A stretch of DNA of 64,000 nt from Opitutia bacterium (GCA_947478395.1 CANJVR010000001.1:192001-256000); one strand, 5' to 3'; numbered from the stretch's first letter, positions 9,501-20,730 are shown. Numbers and translations: made by a program. Notes: a model not told the origin generated them from the sequence alone.

Positions 9501-9998
9501 ATGAATGCCCCGAAGCTTCTCCACGTCGTCGTCGCCTGTGCGGAAAACCGCGTGATCGGCCGTGAGGGACGTCTGCCTTGGCGCATTCCGGAAGACGTCG
9601 CCCAATTTCACGCGCTCACCGCCGGCCAGACTGTCGTGATGGGCCCGCTTTGTTATAAAGGCTGGCCGCGCGCCCGCACCGAAGGGCGCCACCCGATCGT
9701 GATCACGCGCGATCGCACCGTCGCCCAGCCGGGCACCGACGTCGTTGCCTCACTCCACGACGCGCTCGTCCTCGCCGAGAAGCTGCCCGGCGCAATCATG
9801 ATCTGCGGCGGCGAACGGATCTACGCGGAATCGCTCGCTCTCGATCGCCCGATGCGTCTCCACCTCACCCTCGTGCACGCCACCCTCCCCGGCGATCGCT
9901 TCTTCCCCGATTGGCGAAATGGCTCTTGGCGTGAACTCAGCCGGCGCGAGAGCGCCGATGAGAACTTCCGGTATAGTTTTATCGAATTGGAAAAATAG
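9501..9998 (+). CDS. folA: Dihydrofolate reductase
   Basis: VACAENRVIGREGRLPWRIPED, ICGGERIY, GDRFFP. Confidence 0.85.
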   Translation: MNAPKLLHVVVACAENRVIGREGRLPWRIPEDVAQFHALTAGQTVVMGPLCYKGWPRARTEGRHPIVITRDRTVAQPGTDVVASLHDALVLAEKLPGAIMICGGERIYAESLALDRPMRLHLTLVHATLPGDRFFPDWRNGSWRELSRRESADENFRYSFIELEK

Positions 9999-10034
9999 CG
10001 CGGCCCGAAACCGGACCTACAGGTCCCACCGCAT

Positions 10035-10577
10035 TTACCGAGATTTAAGGGCCGCGTGGGCCTTTGCCACCTCAACGTATTTTTCCGCCCATGGCTTCAG
10101 GCCTTTTATTTCCTCGGCGGTAAGTGGACGCACCACTTTGGCCGGCGAGCCGTAAACCATGGAGCCCGGCGGACACGTGAAACGCTGCGGCACGAGCGAG
10201 TTCGCGCCCACGATGCTCTGAGCGCCGATTTTCGCTCCGTCGAGGACCGTCGCCCCCATACCGATCAGGCATTCGTCCTCGATCGTGCAGGCGTGAATGA
10301 TCGCTGCGTGTCCGATTGTGCACCACGCCCCGATGTGCGCCCCAAGATCGTCGGCCAGATGCACGATCGCGTTGTCCTGAATATTCGTCCCCTCGCCCAC
10401 GCGGATTTCCTGGATGTCGCCGCGCAACACCGCGCCGTAGAAAACGCTGCTCGACGGACCCAACACGACATCGCCGACCACCGTGGCATTATCGGCGACG
10501 AAGAGCGCATGGCCTGTGTCGGGAGTTTTTCCGAGGTGAGACGCGAGCAGCAATTGGGTGTTCGTGATGGGATTCAT
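10035..10577 (-). CDS. Gamma carbonic anhydrase family protein
   Basis: Hexapeptide repeats, GAVLRGD, TNIQDNAIVH, IGHAAIIHAC; ATG 10577 overlaps upstream stop. Confidence 0.9.
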   Translation of the reverse strand: MNPITNTQLLLASHLGKTPDTGHALFVADNATVVGDVVLGPSSSVFYGAVLRGDIQEIRVGEGTNIQDNAIVHLADDLGAHIGAWCTIGHAAIIHACTIEDECLIGMGATVLDGAKIGAQSIVGANSLVPQRFTCPPGSMVYGSPAKVVRPLTAEEIKGLKPWAEKYVEVAKAHAALKSR

Positions 10578-11548
10578 TTTTCCTTCGAGTAAGGTAAGCC
10601 GATAACTTTGGGAGGATGCGCCTGACCGACGAATCCGGCGAGCAACAACACCGTGAGCGCATAGGGCAGCGCGAGAATGAACTGCACCGGCACGACACCC
10701 ACCAACGGCAGCGCGACGCCTTGCAGCCGGGTCGCAAGCGCATCGGTAAAAGCAAACAGCAAGCACGCCCCGAGCGTGGGCCACGGACGCCATTTGCCGA
10801 AAATCAACGCCGCGAGCGCGAGGTAACCTTTGCCCGCCGTCATGTCGCGGACAAAACCCGAATTCGCCGCCGTCGACAGGTACGCACCCGCGACGCCACA
10901 CAACACGCCGGAAATCGTCACCGCTTGGTAGCGCAATCGCGTCACGGAAATTCCAGCCGTGTCGACCGCGTGCGGATTCTCGCCAACGGCGCGCAACCGC
11001 AGCCCGAAACGCGTGCGAAACAGGATCCACGCACTCAACGGTACCAGCCCGCCCGCGAGGTAAACCACGAGGTTGTGCCCGCTCAAAAGTTCCGCGTAGA
11101 GCAACCCGGGGAAAGGCGCCTCCCGTGCCGTCTGCGCCCACGGCAGCATCACCGCCGTGAAACGCTGGCCCGGCGCATCGAGCTGCGGCGTTTGTCCGCC
11201 GAGGTTAAACCACGCGAGCCCAAGGGTCGGCGCGAGCCCGACGACGATAATCGTCACTGCCATGCCGGCGACGACTTGGTTGCCGCGATGCGTAATGCAC
11301 GCGAACCCGATCAACCACGCCAGCAAAACGCCGGTGGCGATGCCCGCCCCCAAACCGAACCAAGCCGAACCCGTCGTCGCTGAAACCGCAGCCGCAGCGA
11401 AGGCCGCGCCGAGCATTTTCCCTTCGAGGCCAAGATCGATCACGCCCGAACGCTCCGAAAACAGTCCCGCGAGCGCCGCCAGCAGCAGCGGCGTCGCCAC
11501 GCGTATCGTGGCGGCGAGCAAGAGGACGATCAGCGTGTAGGTTTCCAT
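10574..11548 (-). CDS. Nucleoside/sugar ABC transporter permease
   Basis: ATPLLLAALAGLFSERSG, GLRLRAVGENP, GKGYLALAALIFGKW. Confidence 0.9.
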   Translation of the reverse strand: METYTLIVLLLAATIRVATPLLLAALAGLFSERSGVIDLGLEGKMLGAAFAAAAVSATTGSAWFGLGAGIATGVLLAWLIGFACITHRGNQVVAGMAVTIIVVGLAPTLGLAWFNLGGQTPQLDAPGQRFTAVMLPWAQTAREAPFPGLLYAELLSGHNLVVYLAGGLVPLSAWILFRTRFGLRLRAVGENPHAVDTAGISVTRLRYQAVTISGVLCGVAGAYLSTAANSGFVRDMTAGKGYLALAALIFGKWRPWPTLGACLLFAFTDALATRLQGVALPLVGVVPVQFILALPYALTVLLLAGFVGQAHPPKVIGLPYSKEK

Positions 11549-11657
11549 CGTCAGAGAGAGCGCCCGAGGCCGCGCGCGTTAACCCTCACGCACCGGTGCG
11601 ACGGGGTCGGAGCCTTACGCGGCGGATTAAGAATCATCCACCCTAACCTTAATGTCT

Positions 11658-12758
11658 TCATACCTTCACCCTCCGCGTCAGCACCGCCGCCAGCGGCCGC
11701 CGGAAAACATTTCCCAACGCCCCGCAAAAAAGGATCACGAGACCTTGGATCACGACGACCATATCCCGATTCACCCGCGGCATATCGAACGAGAGCTGCG
11801 ACCCGCCTTGGTACAACGCACCAAAAAGCACGGCCGCAAAAAAAATGCCGGCCGGATGATTTCTTCCCATCAACGCCACCGCGATGCCGACAAAGCCCGC
11901 CCCGCCCGGAAAATCCATCAGGATGCGATGCTGCGAACCCATCAATTCGTTGAGGCCGAGCCCGCCCGCCAGTGCCCCCGAAAGCAGCATCGCACCCAGC
12001 GTGATATTGGCGGGTTTGATCCCAGCATACACCGCCGCGGCCGGACTTTCCCCCACGACGCGCAGCGCGTAACCCCAGCGCGTGTGCCAGATCAAAACCC
12101 ACACGAACGCGGACGCCGCCAGCGCAAAAATGAACGCCAAATTAAACGGCGTCGCCGCAAACGTTACGCCCATTTTCGCGAGCAGTTCGTGCATCGCCGG
12201 CATCACCGCGTTGGCCGCGAACTCGCGCGTCTCGGGCGATTGCTGGCCGGGTTTGATCAGAACGTTGACCAGCAGGTAGGTCACCACCGCCGAAGCGATG
12301 AAGTTGAACATGATCGTCGTGATGACGATATGGCTGCCGCGTTTCCCCTGCAGCCAGCCCGGGATCAACGCCCAGGCCGCGCCACCGAACGCGCCCGCGA
12401 GCACGGCCAGCGGCAGCACCAGCCAGAACGACCACGTGCCGAACCAAAGACAGACCAGCCCGGTGCAAAGTCCCCCGATGTAGGCCTGGCCTTCGCCACC
12501 GATGTTGAAAAGCCCGGCGTGGTAGGCGACCGCCACTGCGAGCCCGGTGAACATAAAATTGGTCGCGTAATAAAGCGTGTAGCCAACTCCTTCCTGCGAG
12601 CCGAGCGAGCCCGCGGCCATGAGTTTGAGCGCGGCCCACGGACTCTCGCCGAGCAGAAGGATGATCGCGCCCGAGACCAGCAACGCCGCGAGCAAGTTCA
12701 CGACGGGCAACAGCGCGAGTTCCGCCCAGCGCGGGAGTTTGGCCGGAGAGCTCATCAC
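11658..12758 (-). CDS. Nucleoside/sugar ABC transporter permease
   Basis: GLFNIGGEGQ, TTIMFNFI, GIAVALMGRNHP. Confidence 0.9.
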   Translation of the reverse strand: MMSSPAKLPRWAELALLPVVNLLAALLVSGAIILLLGESPWAALKLMAAGSLGSQEGVGYTLYYATNFMFTGLAVAVAYHAGLFNIGGEGQAYIGGLCTGLVCLWFGTWSFWLVLPLAVLAGAFGGAAWALIPGWLQGKRGSHIVITTIMFNFIASAVVTYLLVNVLIKPGQQSPETREFAANAVMPAMHELLAKMGVTFAATPFNLAFIFALAASAFVWVLIWHTRWGYALRVVGESPAAAVYAGIKPANITLGAMLLSGALAGGLGLNELMGSQHRILMDFPGGAGFVGIAVALMGRNHPAGIFFAAVLFGALYQGGSQLSFDMPRVNRDMVVVIQGLVILFCGALGNVFRRPLAAVLTRRVKV

Positions 12759-12837
12759 CTGAGCGCGCCGCCGCCCTCGGCCGAGATGGTAAATTCCGGA
12801 AATGACCGGGCGCAGGCGCGCTCTCGCCGGATCGCCT

Positions 12838-14364
12838 TCATCCGCGTCCCTCCCCTTTCACACCCGCCATCATCAACCCGACTTTCCCCTCGGTCGCCTC
12901 ATCGCCCGATAGCTCGCCCACGAGTTCGCCGCCGGCCAGCACAAGGATACGATCAGCGAGGCCCAGAATCTCATCGAGCTCGACCGAAACGACGAGCAAC
13001 GCTTTGCCGGCATCGCGCAGCGCGATGAGTTTTTTGTGGATAAACTCAATCGCACCAATATCGACGCCGCGCGTCGGCTGGCCAATCAGCAGCACGCGCG
13101 GGTCGGAATCGATTTCGCGGGCCAGCACGAGCTTCTGCTGGTTGCCGCCCGAAAACGCACCGAGGCGCAACGCGGGATTCGGCGGGCGCACATCGTGCCC
13201 GCGCATTTTCTGCTCACAGTCAGCGAGGATCGCCGCGCCATTCATCAGCAGTCCGCGCTGAAACGCCGGAGCGTCGTGATAGCCAAGGATCGCGTTGTCC
13301 TGCGCCGAAAACTGCGCGACCACCCCGAGGCGAAGCCGGTCCTCGGGCACGTGCGCAAGCCCCAGCCGCCGACGCTCGTGCGGACCAAGCTCCTCGCGCA
13401 CCAGCGCGCGCCCGCCCAGCGTGATCTCGCCCTGATCGGGCCGGCGGATACCCGCCAAAACTTCCAACAGCTCCGACTGCCCGTTGCCCGCGACGCCCGC
13501 GATGCCGACGATTTCGCCCGCGCGCAAATCGAGGCTCACGCCCTTAAGGCGTAAGACGCCCAACCGGTCACGCACCTCCAAGTCGCGGCCCGAAAGAACG
13601 ACCTCACCCGGCCGGGCCGGCGTTTTCTCCACCTTTAGCAGCACAGAACGACCGACCATCTGTTCGGCGAGCGCGCGCGGCGACGTTTCCGCCGTGGCCG
13701 TTTCATGCACGATCGCGCCCTGTCGCATCACGGTCACGCGGTCGGTGATCGCCATGATCTCGCGCAATTTGTGCGTCACGAGAATAACGGCTTTCCCTTC
13801 CGCGCGCAGCCGCGCCAGCATTTTGAAAAATTGATCCGTCTCCTGCGGTGTGAGCACCGCCGTCGGTTCATCGAGAATGAGAATGTCCGCGCCGCGGTGC
13901 AGCGCCTTCAAAATTTCCACCCGCTGCTGCAGACCGACCGGCAGTTCGGAAACGACGGTGTCGAGCGGCACATCGAGACCGTAGTCACGCGCCAGCCGTT
14001 CCAATGCCGTGCGCGCCCGTGCTAGCCCACCGGCGAGTCGCGCTCCGCCTTCGACCCCGAGAATCACGTTTTCCAGCACCGTGAAATTTTCCACGAGCAT
14101 GAAATGCTGGTGGACCATGCCAATGCCCGCGGCAATCGCGGCCTGTGGCGTGCGGATGTCGACCGGCTGGCCATGGACGAAAATTTTTCCCGCATCGGCC
14201 GGATGAAAACCGTAAACGATATTCATCAGCGTCGATTTGCCCGCACCGTTTTCACCGATCAGCCCGTGAATGCTGCCGGCCGCGACCGAGAACGAAACGG
14301 AACGATTAGCATGCACGGCACCGAAGCGTTTATCGATGCCGCGAAGCTCGAGCGCCGGGGACAC
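12838..14364 (-). CDS. Nucleoside/sugar ABC transporter ATP-binding protein (tandem NBDs)
   Basis: GENGAGKST, LILDEPT, FSGGNQQK, QPTRGVDIG; start approximate. Confidence 0.9.
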   Translation of the reverse strand: MSPALELRGIDKRFGAVHANRSVSFSVAAGSIHGLIGENGAGKSTLMNIVYGFHPADAGKIFVHGQPVDIRTPQAAIAAGIGMVHQHFMLVENFTVLENVILGVEGGARLAGGLARARTALERLARDYGLDVPLDTVVSELPVGLQQRVEILKALHRGADILILDEPTAVLTPQETDQFFKMLARLRAEGKAVILVTHKLREIMAITDRVTVMRQGAIVHETATAETSPRALAEQMVGRSVLLKVEKTPARPGEVVLSGRDLEVRDRLGVLRLKGVSLDLRAGEIVGIAGVAGNGQSELLEVLAGIRRPDQGEITLGGRALVREELGPHERRRLGLAHVPEDRLRLGVVAQFSAQDNAILGYHDAPAFQRGLLMNGAAILADCEQKMRGHDVRPPNPALRLGAFSGGNQQKLVLAREIDSDPRVLLIGQPTRGVDIGAIEFIHKKLIALRDAGKALLVVSVELDEILGLADRILVLAGGELVGELSGDEATEGKVGLMMAGVKGEGRG

Positions 14365-14627
14365 CGAGGACGTTTCCCGATTTTCAACCACGAGGTGAAA
14401 CGGTTGAGGGCGCCGATGCGGAAAGCGAAAACAAATCGCGATCGCCGCAAAATTCCACGGAAATTTGGCCACGAAAAGGCATCAGACTTTCTCCGATGCT
14501 GCGGCCGGCGGAAGAGGCAGACAGAAGGAGCGGCAATCTTGGCGCCTCGGCGCGGCCAAACCTCCGGTCCGCCGCATCGACGCGAAACCCTAAACTCCAA
14601 ACTCGAAACTCTAGCGCTCGATGGCCG

Positions 14628-15647
14628 CTACGGCGCCTTGTACTCGGATACTTTGAGTTTCCCGGAAATGATGTCGGCCTTCGCCGCGTTCAAGCGCTGC
14701 TCGATGGCAGGCGTGACGAGCGCGCGGTTGAATTCATCGATCGAGTAATCGACGCCCTGGTCGGACAGCCCGAGGACAAACTGGCCTGGTTTCCACGAGC
14801 CGCTTCTCGCGTCGGCGAACGCCTTGTAGACGGCGACATCGACGCGTTTGATCGCGGACGTCAGGACGCTGCCCGGATGCAGATAGTCCTGATTGCTATC
14901 ACACCCGATACTGAGCTTGCCGGCGTCCTTTGCCGCCTGCATCACGCCCAATCCCGTTGCGCCCGCAGCGTGAAATACCACGTCGGCGCCGCGCCCAAAC
15001 TGACTCTTCGCCAGCTCGGCGCCCTTGGCCGGATCGCCCCAGGCGGCGGGCGTGGAGCCGGTCATGTTTTGAAACACTTCCACGTCCGCCTTCACGTATT
15101 TTGCGCCTTCGGTGTAGCCCAGCGCGAATTTGCGGATAAGCGGGATATCCATGCCGCCGATAAAACCGATTTTTCCCGTTTTCGAAACGAGCGCGGCCGC
15201 CATGCCGCAAAGAAACGAGGATTCCTGTTCGCGAAAATTGACCGACTGGACGTTGGGCAGGTCGACGACGGCGTCGATGATGACGAACTTCACCTCGGGA
15301 AATTGTTTCGCGACCTTCTCGACGGCGGACGCCTGGGTGAAGCCCACGGCAACGATCACGGTGGCGCCGCGTTTGGCGAGCTGCGCCATCGCCTGTTCGC
15401 GTTGAGCGGCGTTGGTGATTTCGAATTCACGGAAGGCGACGCCGGAATCTTTTTTAAACCGTTCGGCGCCTTCACTGGCGGATTGGTTGAAGGAGCGGTC
15501 AAACTTGCCGCCGAAATCGTAAACGATCGCCGGTGCGAACGCCTGGTCCGCCGCGCGACCGATCGGCGCAAAAAAAGCCGCGACGCCAAAGGCGCACGCG
15601 GCAAAGGAAAGAAGGCGACCGAACGAGATCAAAGGGGTGGTTTCCAT
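14628..15647 (-). CDS. BMP family ABC substrate-binding protein
   Basis: GGKFDRSFNQSA, GADVVFHAAGATGLG, LTSAIKRVD. Confidence 0.9.
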   Translation of the reverse strand: METTPLISFGRLLSFAACAFGVAAFFAPIGRAADQAFAPAIVYDFGGKFDRSFNQSASEGAERFKKDSGVAFREFEITNAAQREQAMAQLAKRGATVIVAVGFTQASAVEKVAKQFPEVKFVIIDAVVDLPNVQSVNFREQESSFLCGMAAALVSKTGKIGFIGGMDIPLIRKFALGYTEGAKYVKADVEVFQNMTGSTPAAWGDPAKGAELAKSQFGRGADVVFHAAGATGLGVMQAAKDAGKLSIGCDSNQDYLHPGSVLTSAIKRVDVAVYKAFADARSGSWKPGQFVLGLSDQGVDYSIDEFNRALVTPAIEQRLNAAKADIISGKLKVSEYKAP

Positions 15648-15734
15648 ACGGTGGCGTTCACGCTGCAAGAATCGGAGCAAGGTTCAATCGCGCAGACGCG
15701 TTTTTCGCCGGCGACGCGCGCCAAACATCAAAGC

Positions 15735-16109
15735 CTACTTCTTATACCAATCGCCGCTGTCTTTCTGGATCCAAACACCGGCGGCGCTGCTGGCCGCCAG
15801 CTGTTTCGCGCGGGCCCGGGCAACGGTTTCAGGGGAAGAGCCCGTCTGCTTGGCCAACGCGGCGTACACCGCTTCACGATCGCGATTCTCAGCTGCGACG
15901 ACATCGCCGGCTTCCGCATTGCTCCCGCGCAACTCAACCAAGCCACGGTTATTTTCGCCGATAGCGCCCTGACTTTTAAGGGCATCGAGTTTGGACAAGC
16001 GCTGATCCATGCGCGCTTTAATCGCGCCCAGATCCTGGCCTTGGGACGGAGCGATACCGAACACCAGCGCGGTCATTAAAAGGACGAGACGGAGAAAATT
16101 CGTTTTCAT
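15735..16109 (-). CDS. YdbL/DUF1318 family exported protein
   Basis: Signal peptide, GAIGENNRG, AENRDREAVY, G.W.KK end. Confidence 0.8.
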   Translation of the reverse strand: MKTNFLRLVLLMTALVFGIAPSQGQDLGAIKARMDQRLSKLDALKSQGAIGENNRGLVELRGSNAEAGDVVAAENRDREAVYAALAKQTGSSPETVARARAKQLAASSAAGVWIQKDSGDWYKK

Positions 16110-16114
16110 GGGAT

Positions 16115-16309
16115 TCAGGGTTTGGCGGAATTAACCGGGGAAGCGATGGAGGCCGATTTCTTGTCGAGATCGCCAAAGAAATCGCCGAGCGCCTGGTCGA
16201 CCTTGACGTTCACGTCGAGGGTCGCGTGAACCTCGATGGGTTCGAGTTTCACATTGATGCAACCGGCTAGGAAAACAGCGCAGCTAAAAAGTAGAAAAAC
16301 ACGAGGCAT
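16115..16309 (-). CDS. YnbE-like small lipoprotein
   Basis: LAGC lipobox, PIEVHATLDVNVKVD; adjacent to YdbL-like gene. Confidence 0.65.
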   Translation of the reverse strand: MPRVFLLFSCAVFLAGCINVKLEPIEVHATLDVNVKVDQALGDFFGDLDKKSASIASPVNSAKP

Positions 16310-16566
16310 CGCAAAAAGGGGTACCGCTCGGACTGCGCGTGGCAACGAAAGTTTCAAAATGCGGCGCCCAACTGACGCCCGATCGTGGAACCTCGCAGCT
16401 CAGCGCGGAGGGTCGCGCGGCGCGAGCAGCACAAAAAGCGCGGCACATGAGATAGGTCCGAAGATAAGGCGGGTAGCCTTAATCCGCCGCTTCAAGGCCG
16501 CTTATCCGAGTGAGCACCGCCAAACGGGCCCGTTAAACGTAACGCGCCCTACCGTTCAGACCCACG

Positions 16567-17871
16567 CTAGGGCTTGGGCGCCGCGGCCGCCGGCAACACA
16601 AAATCCTTGCCGTTCACTTTCACGTTTTTCAGCACCAGGTTTTCGACCTTACCCAACGCGAGCCGATCGTCGGCGAGAGTGAGATCAATGTTTTCCAACG
16701 TGATATTGCTGATCGTGCTTTTCTCGTGCCCACCGAGGGCGCCAAGCGTGCGAAATTGACCGCTGACGTTTCGAATCGTGACCCCGTTGACCGTCGACAT
16801 TGGCGGCGGCTGACCCTTCAAATCGAAAAACTGAGACCACGGCGCGACGTTCATGATGCGGCCACCGCCGCCGCTCACCTTGATGTTCTCGATCAGAATA
16901 TTTTCGTAGTGCTGGGGAGTGTCGGGCCGAAGCTTGAGCGTCAGCAACGTGGCTCGCCCGGAGATCACGTTATTGCGCGCGGTGACGTTGCGTACGGTGG
17001 TCGCCTCGCTGCCGCAGGTGATCATGCCGTTACCGTCGCCGAATTCACAGTCCTCGATCAAAATATTTTCGACCGGCGGGCTGTCTTTGTCGTTCGCGGC
17101 AAACGGACCCTTGCTGCCTTTCAACGCGACGTTGTCGTCGTTGCACGAAATGTAGCACTTCCGGATGGTGACGTTTTGGGAACTGTCGATGTCCATGCCA
17201 TCCGTGCTCGGCCCGCGCAGCGCGGCGGTGACGCTCGGGACGGTGATGCGCACGCCTTCGACCACGACATCGCGGCAATTGTAGATGTGAAGATTCCAGA
17301 AACCGGAATCTTGGAGCGAAATGCCTTCGATGCGTACGTCGCGGCAACGGTCGATAAACATCAGGCGAGGACGCTCGACTTCGAGGTTGGTGCATTTCGG
17401 ATTTTCCCGGCGCCGTTGCCAGAAGGCTTCCCAGTAGACCGGGCCGCTACCATCCAGCTTGCCCTTGCCGGTGATGCGCACGCGATCCATGCCCTGCGCG
17501 TTTACGAGCGCCATGCGCCACGGTTCAAAGTGACCTTCGATGCGGGTTTCGCGCTTCGGGTAATCCTCGATTTGCTTCGAGCCGAGCAGCACCGCGCCTT
17601 CCGCGAGATAGAGTTCGACGCCAGATTTTAGAAAAATTGAACCACTGCGAAAAACACCCGTCGGGATCTCGACCACGCCGCCGCCCGCCGCACTGGCCGT
17701 GTCGATCGCTTTCTGGATGGCTGCGGTGTTTAGCGTCACGCCGCCCGCTTCCGCGCCGAACTCAGCGATCGAGTAATGTTTCGCCGCAGCCGCCGCGAAC
17801 GCGGACGGCGGCATGGCCGCGGCAATAAGAACGATCAGGGCAGCAGTGAAGGGACGGAAACCGCAGGGCAT
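16567..17871 (-). CDS. Glycoside hydrolase family 28 (polygalacturonase-like)
   Basis: NTAAIQKAID, STDGMDIDSS, NDDNVALK, LKLRPD; signal peptide. Confidence 0.88.
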   Translation of the reverse strand: MPCGFRPFTAALIVLIAAAMPPSAFAAAAAKHYSIAEFGAEAGGVTLNTAAIQKAIDTASAAGGGVVEIPTGVFRSGSIFLKSGVELYLAEGAVLLGSKQIEDYPKRETRIEGHFEPWRMALVNAQGMDRVRITGKGKLDGSGPVYWEAFWQRRRENPKCTNLEVERPRLMFIDRCRDVRIEGISLQDSGFWNLHIYNCRDVVVEGVRITVPSVTAALRGPSTDGMDIDSSQNVTIRKCYISCNDDNVALKGSKGPFAANDKDSPPVENILIEDCEFGDGNGMITCGSEATTVRNVTARNNVISGRATLLTLKLRPDTPQHYENILIENIKVSGGGGRIMNVAPWSQFFDLKGQPPPMSTVNGVTIRNVSGQFRTLGALGGHEKSTISNITLENIDLTLADDRLALGKVENLVLKNVKVNGKDFVLPAAAAPKP

Positions 17872-17974
17872 AGGAGTGAAGGGGTTGATTAAAATCAGGA
17901 CACAAGCCTTCCCGTTTACAGTCACGCGGGAATCGGACAGTGGAATTTGAGTCTACCACCTGTCCCAATCAGGT

Positions 17975-18171
17975 CCGGCCGGTCGCACCAGCAAGCGGTC
18001 CGCGAGGTAAATCGATTCCTCGATGCCATGCGCGACGCAGACGATGGTTTTCCGGAACTCAGCCCAGATGCGAAGCAACTCGTGTTGCAACGAGCGACGG
18101 GTGAGCGCATCGAGCGTGTGGAACGGTTAATCTACGAGCAGAACGGGTAAATCCAACGGCAGCGCGGAACC
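17975..18171 (-). pseudogene. Fragment of NitT/TauT-type ABC ATPase
   Basis: Manual translation ALPLDLPVLLVD*PFHTLDALTRRSLQHELLRIWAEFRKTIVCVAHGIEESIYLADR; TAA at 18129-18127 replaces the Walker B Glu. Confidence 0.75.
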
Positions 18172-18229
18172 AGCTCGTGGGATGGAGGCAGATTGCGGCG
18201 GATTTTTGGATCCAGGCGACGCGTTTTCC

Positions 18230-19774
18230 TCAGTAAAATACGCTGCGGTCCAGCGAACGGTACTGGATGGCCTCGAGCAGATGATTCGCCTCGATGGAGT
18301 CCGTCGCGGCGAGATCGGCGATGGTGCGGGCCACTTTCAAAATGCGATCGTAAGCGCGCGCCGACAGGTTGAGTTGCTCCATCGCCTGTTGCAGCAGATC
18401 GCCGAGCGTGGAGTCGATCGCGCCGTGTTTGCGGATCTGGGCGTGGGACATACGGGCGTTGGTCGTGGTCTTCGAGCCGGCGAAGCGGGCATGCTGGCGC
18501 GTGCGGGCGGCCTGCACCCGCTCGCGTAAAACCGCCGACGTTTCGCCGGGCAGGCTCGAGCGGAGTTCGGTGATGCCCACCGCCGGCGCCTCGATGTGGA
18601 GGTCAATCCGGTCGAGCAACGGCCCGCTGATGCGCGCCCGATAGCGCTGCACTTGGGAAGGCGCGCAACGACACTCGTGCTTGGGATCGCCGAGATATCC
18701 GCACGGACACGGATTCATGGCCGCAACCAACATGAAGGCACACGGGAGAGTGACTTTGCCGGCACTGCGCGAGATCGTGACCACTCCGTCTTCGAGCGGT
18801 TGCCGCAGGACTTCGAGAGCGGAGCGCTTGAACTCGGGTAATTCGTCGAGAAACAACACGCCGTGATGCGCCAGCGAAATTTCCCCAGGACCGGGAATGG
18901 TGCCGCCACCCAGCAGAGCGATGTCCGACACCGTGTGATGCGGCGAACGAAAGGGCCGCGCACCCCACGTTGTCTCACCCGAAATCGTGCGACCCGCCGC
19001 CGAGTGAATGCTCAGAATTTCGAGATGCTCTTCGAGGGTCGGCGGCGGCATGATCGTCGGCAGACGTTTCGCGACCATCGATTTGCCGGCACCTGGCGGT
19101 CCGATCACCAGAAGATTATGCGAACCCGCCACCGCAACTTCGACCGCCCGACGCAGCGCGTGCTGGCCCTTGATCTCCGAAAAATCAGCCGTGGCATCGA
19201 GCGACGGCGCCGCCGTGGCGCGATGCCGGGCCAGTGCGGGGTCCAGCGGCACCAGCGGCTTTTCGCCGCTGAGAAAACGAAAAGCCTGGTCGAGGGATTC
19301 GACGCGGTAGACCGCGACGCCCTCCACCAACGCGGCCTCCTCGGCCGAAAGCGCGGGTAGCAACACGCCCCGTTTCCCGAGCGAGCGGGCGAGTCGCGTC
19401 ATCGCGAGCGCACCTCGGACTGGACGCGTCGCACCGGAAAGACTCAGTTCGCCCGCGATCAGAAAATCATCCAGCGCAGGCGCGAGCAGTTGTTTCGTCG
19501 CCACGAGAATGCCGAGCGCGATCGGGAGATCGTAGATCGGGCCTTCCTTGCGCAGATGGCCCGGAGCGAGGTTGATCGTGGTGCGGGTGCGCGGGGGTTT
19601 GAAGCCGCTGTTGCCAAGCGCGGAAAAAACGCGGTCCTCTGATTCCTTCACAGCAGCGTCGGGCAAACCGACGAGATAGATGCGGGGTTCGCCCGCTTCG
19701 CCGGCGTTGACTTCGACGTGAACGGGCGCGGCCTCGATGCCTTGCAGCGCCGCCGAGGAGATTGTGGCGAGCAT
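18230..19774 (-). CDS. comM: YifB/ComM family Mg-chelatase-like AAA+ ATPase
   Basis: [52 protein letters not shown]. Confidence 0.92.
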   Translation of the reverse strand: MLATISSAALQGIEAAPVHVEVNAGEAGEPRIYLVGLPDAAVKESEDRVFSALGNSGFKPPRTRTTINLAPGHLRKEGPIYDLPIALGILVATKQLLAPALDDFLIAGELSLSGATRPVRGALAMTRLARSLGKRGVLLPALSAEEAALVEGVAVYRVESLDQAFRFLSGEKPLVPLDPALARHRATAAPSLDATADFSEIKGQHALRRAVEVAVAGSHNLLVIGPPGAGKSMVAKRLPTIMPPPTLEEHLEILSIHSAAGRTISGETTWGARPFRSPHHTVSDIALLGGGTIPGPGEISLAHHGVLFLDELPEFKRSALEVLRQPLEDGVVTISRSAGKVTLPCAFMLVAAMNPCPCGYLGDPKHECRCAPSQVQRYRARISGPLLDRIDLHIEAPAVGITELRSSLPGETSAVLRERVQAARTRQHARFAGSKTTTNARMSHAQIRKHGAIDSTLGDLLQQAMEQLNLSARAYDRILKVARTIADLAATDSIEANHLLEAIQYRSLDRSVFY

Positions 19775-20145
19775 ACCGTCAGCCGCCCTTCAGCCCGCGT
19801 TTGATGATCTCGATATTTTGCCCGGCGGCGACGAGGTAACGATTGGCTCCACCCGGATAGGGCGCGGCGAGCGGGCGGTTCATAAATTCATCCGACTCTC
19901 GAAATTCGCGGTCAAGCGCGCCGAGTTTATCAGGTTAAGGATCGACGCGCCCGGAAACAGGACGCGAAAGATGACGCCGGTGAAGCGCTCCAGCGCGACC
20001 AGATCCTTGGTGCTGACCGGGAACGGCGACGTCGCGGGAGTCATGCGGATCGATCGTTAAAATCCCCTTGAAGGCCCGTTGGCATTGGCGCGATTACGAA
20101 TTTGCAGAAAAGCGGAGCAAGGCCTAACCCTGTCTTTCACGTTGT

Positions 20146-20730
20146 ATGACACTGGGTATTACCGGCGGGATCGGATGCGGCAAATCAAGCGCTGCGCAGG
20201 CTTTCGCGGCGCGGGGCTTTGCCCTGATCGACTCCGATGCTTTGATCCGCGAACAGGTCCTGACCGCGCCGTCCATCGTCGAGGCCGTGCGGCAGCGCTA
20301 TGGCGATGGCGTCGTGACTGCCGCCGGCACCATCGATCGCTCCGCGCTGGCGAGTCGCATCTTCACTGATGACACAGAACGCCATTGGCTGGAAAGCCTG
20401 ACGCATCCGGTCCTTTTGGAACTGTGGCGTCGGCTGCTCGCTGGAAACCCGGCCGGGCCTTGGGCCGTGGAGGTACCGCTGCTGTTTGAGCAAAGTTTGG
20501 AAAATTGGTTTGATTTCACGATCTGCGTGGCCTGTTCTCCGAGCCAGCAACTCGCCCGTCTGGAGCAACGCGGCCTCTCGCGCACGCTCGCCGGCCAACG
20601 TATCTCAAAGCAATTGCCGCTGGCGCGCAAAATCGAGTTGGCTGACATGGTCCTGTGGAACGACGGCTCCGCCGCTTTTCTCCAAGCTCAGGTCGACCAC
20701 CTCATCGCTGCGCTGCCGGCCCTCCGCTAA
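20146..20730 (+). CDS. coaE: Dephospho-CoA kinase
   Basis: LGITGGIGCGKS, IDSD, LESLTHP, VEVPLLFE. Confidence 0.92.
   Translation: MTLGITGGIGCGKSSAAQAFAARGFALIDSDALIREQVLTAPSIVEAVRQRYGDGVVTAAGTIDRSALASRIFTDDTERHWLESLTHPVLLELWRRLLAGNPAGPWAVEVPLLFEQSLENWFDFTICVACSPSQQLARLEQRGLSRTLAGQRISKQLPLARKIELADMVLWNDGSAAFLQAQVDHLIAALPALR

Noticed and set aside
19881..20045. 54-aa minus-strand ORF upstream of comM
   Set aside because: Too short, no motif, cannot be supported.
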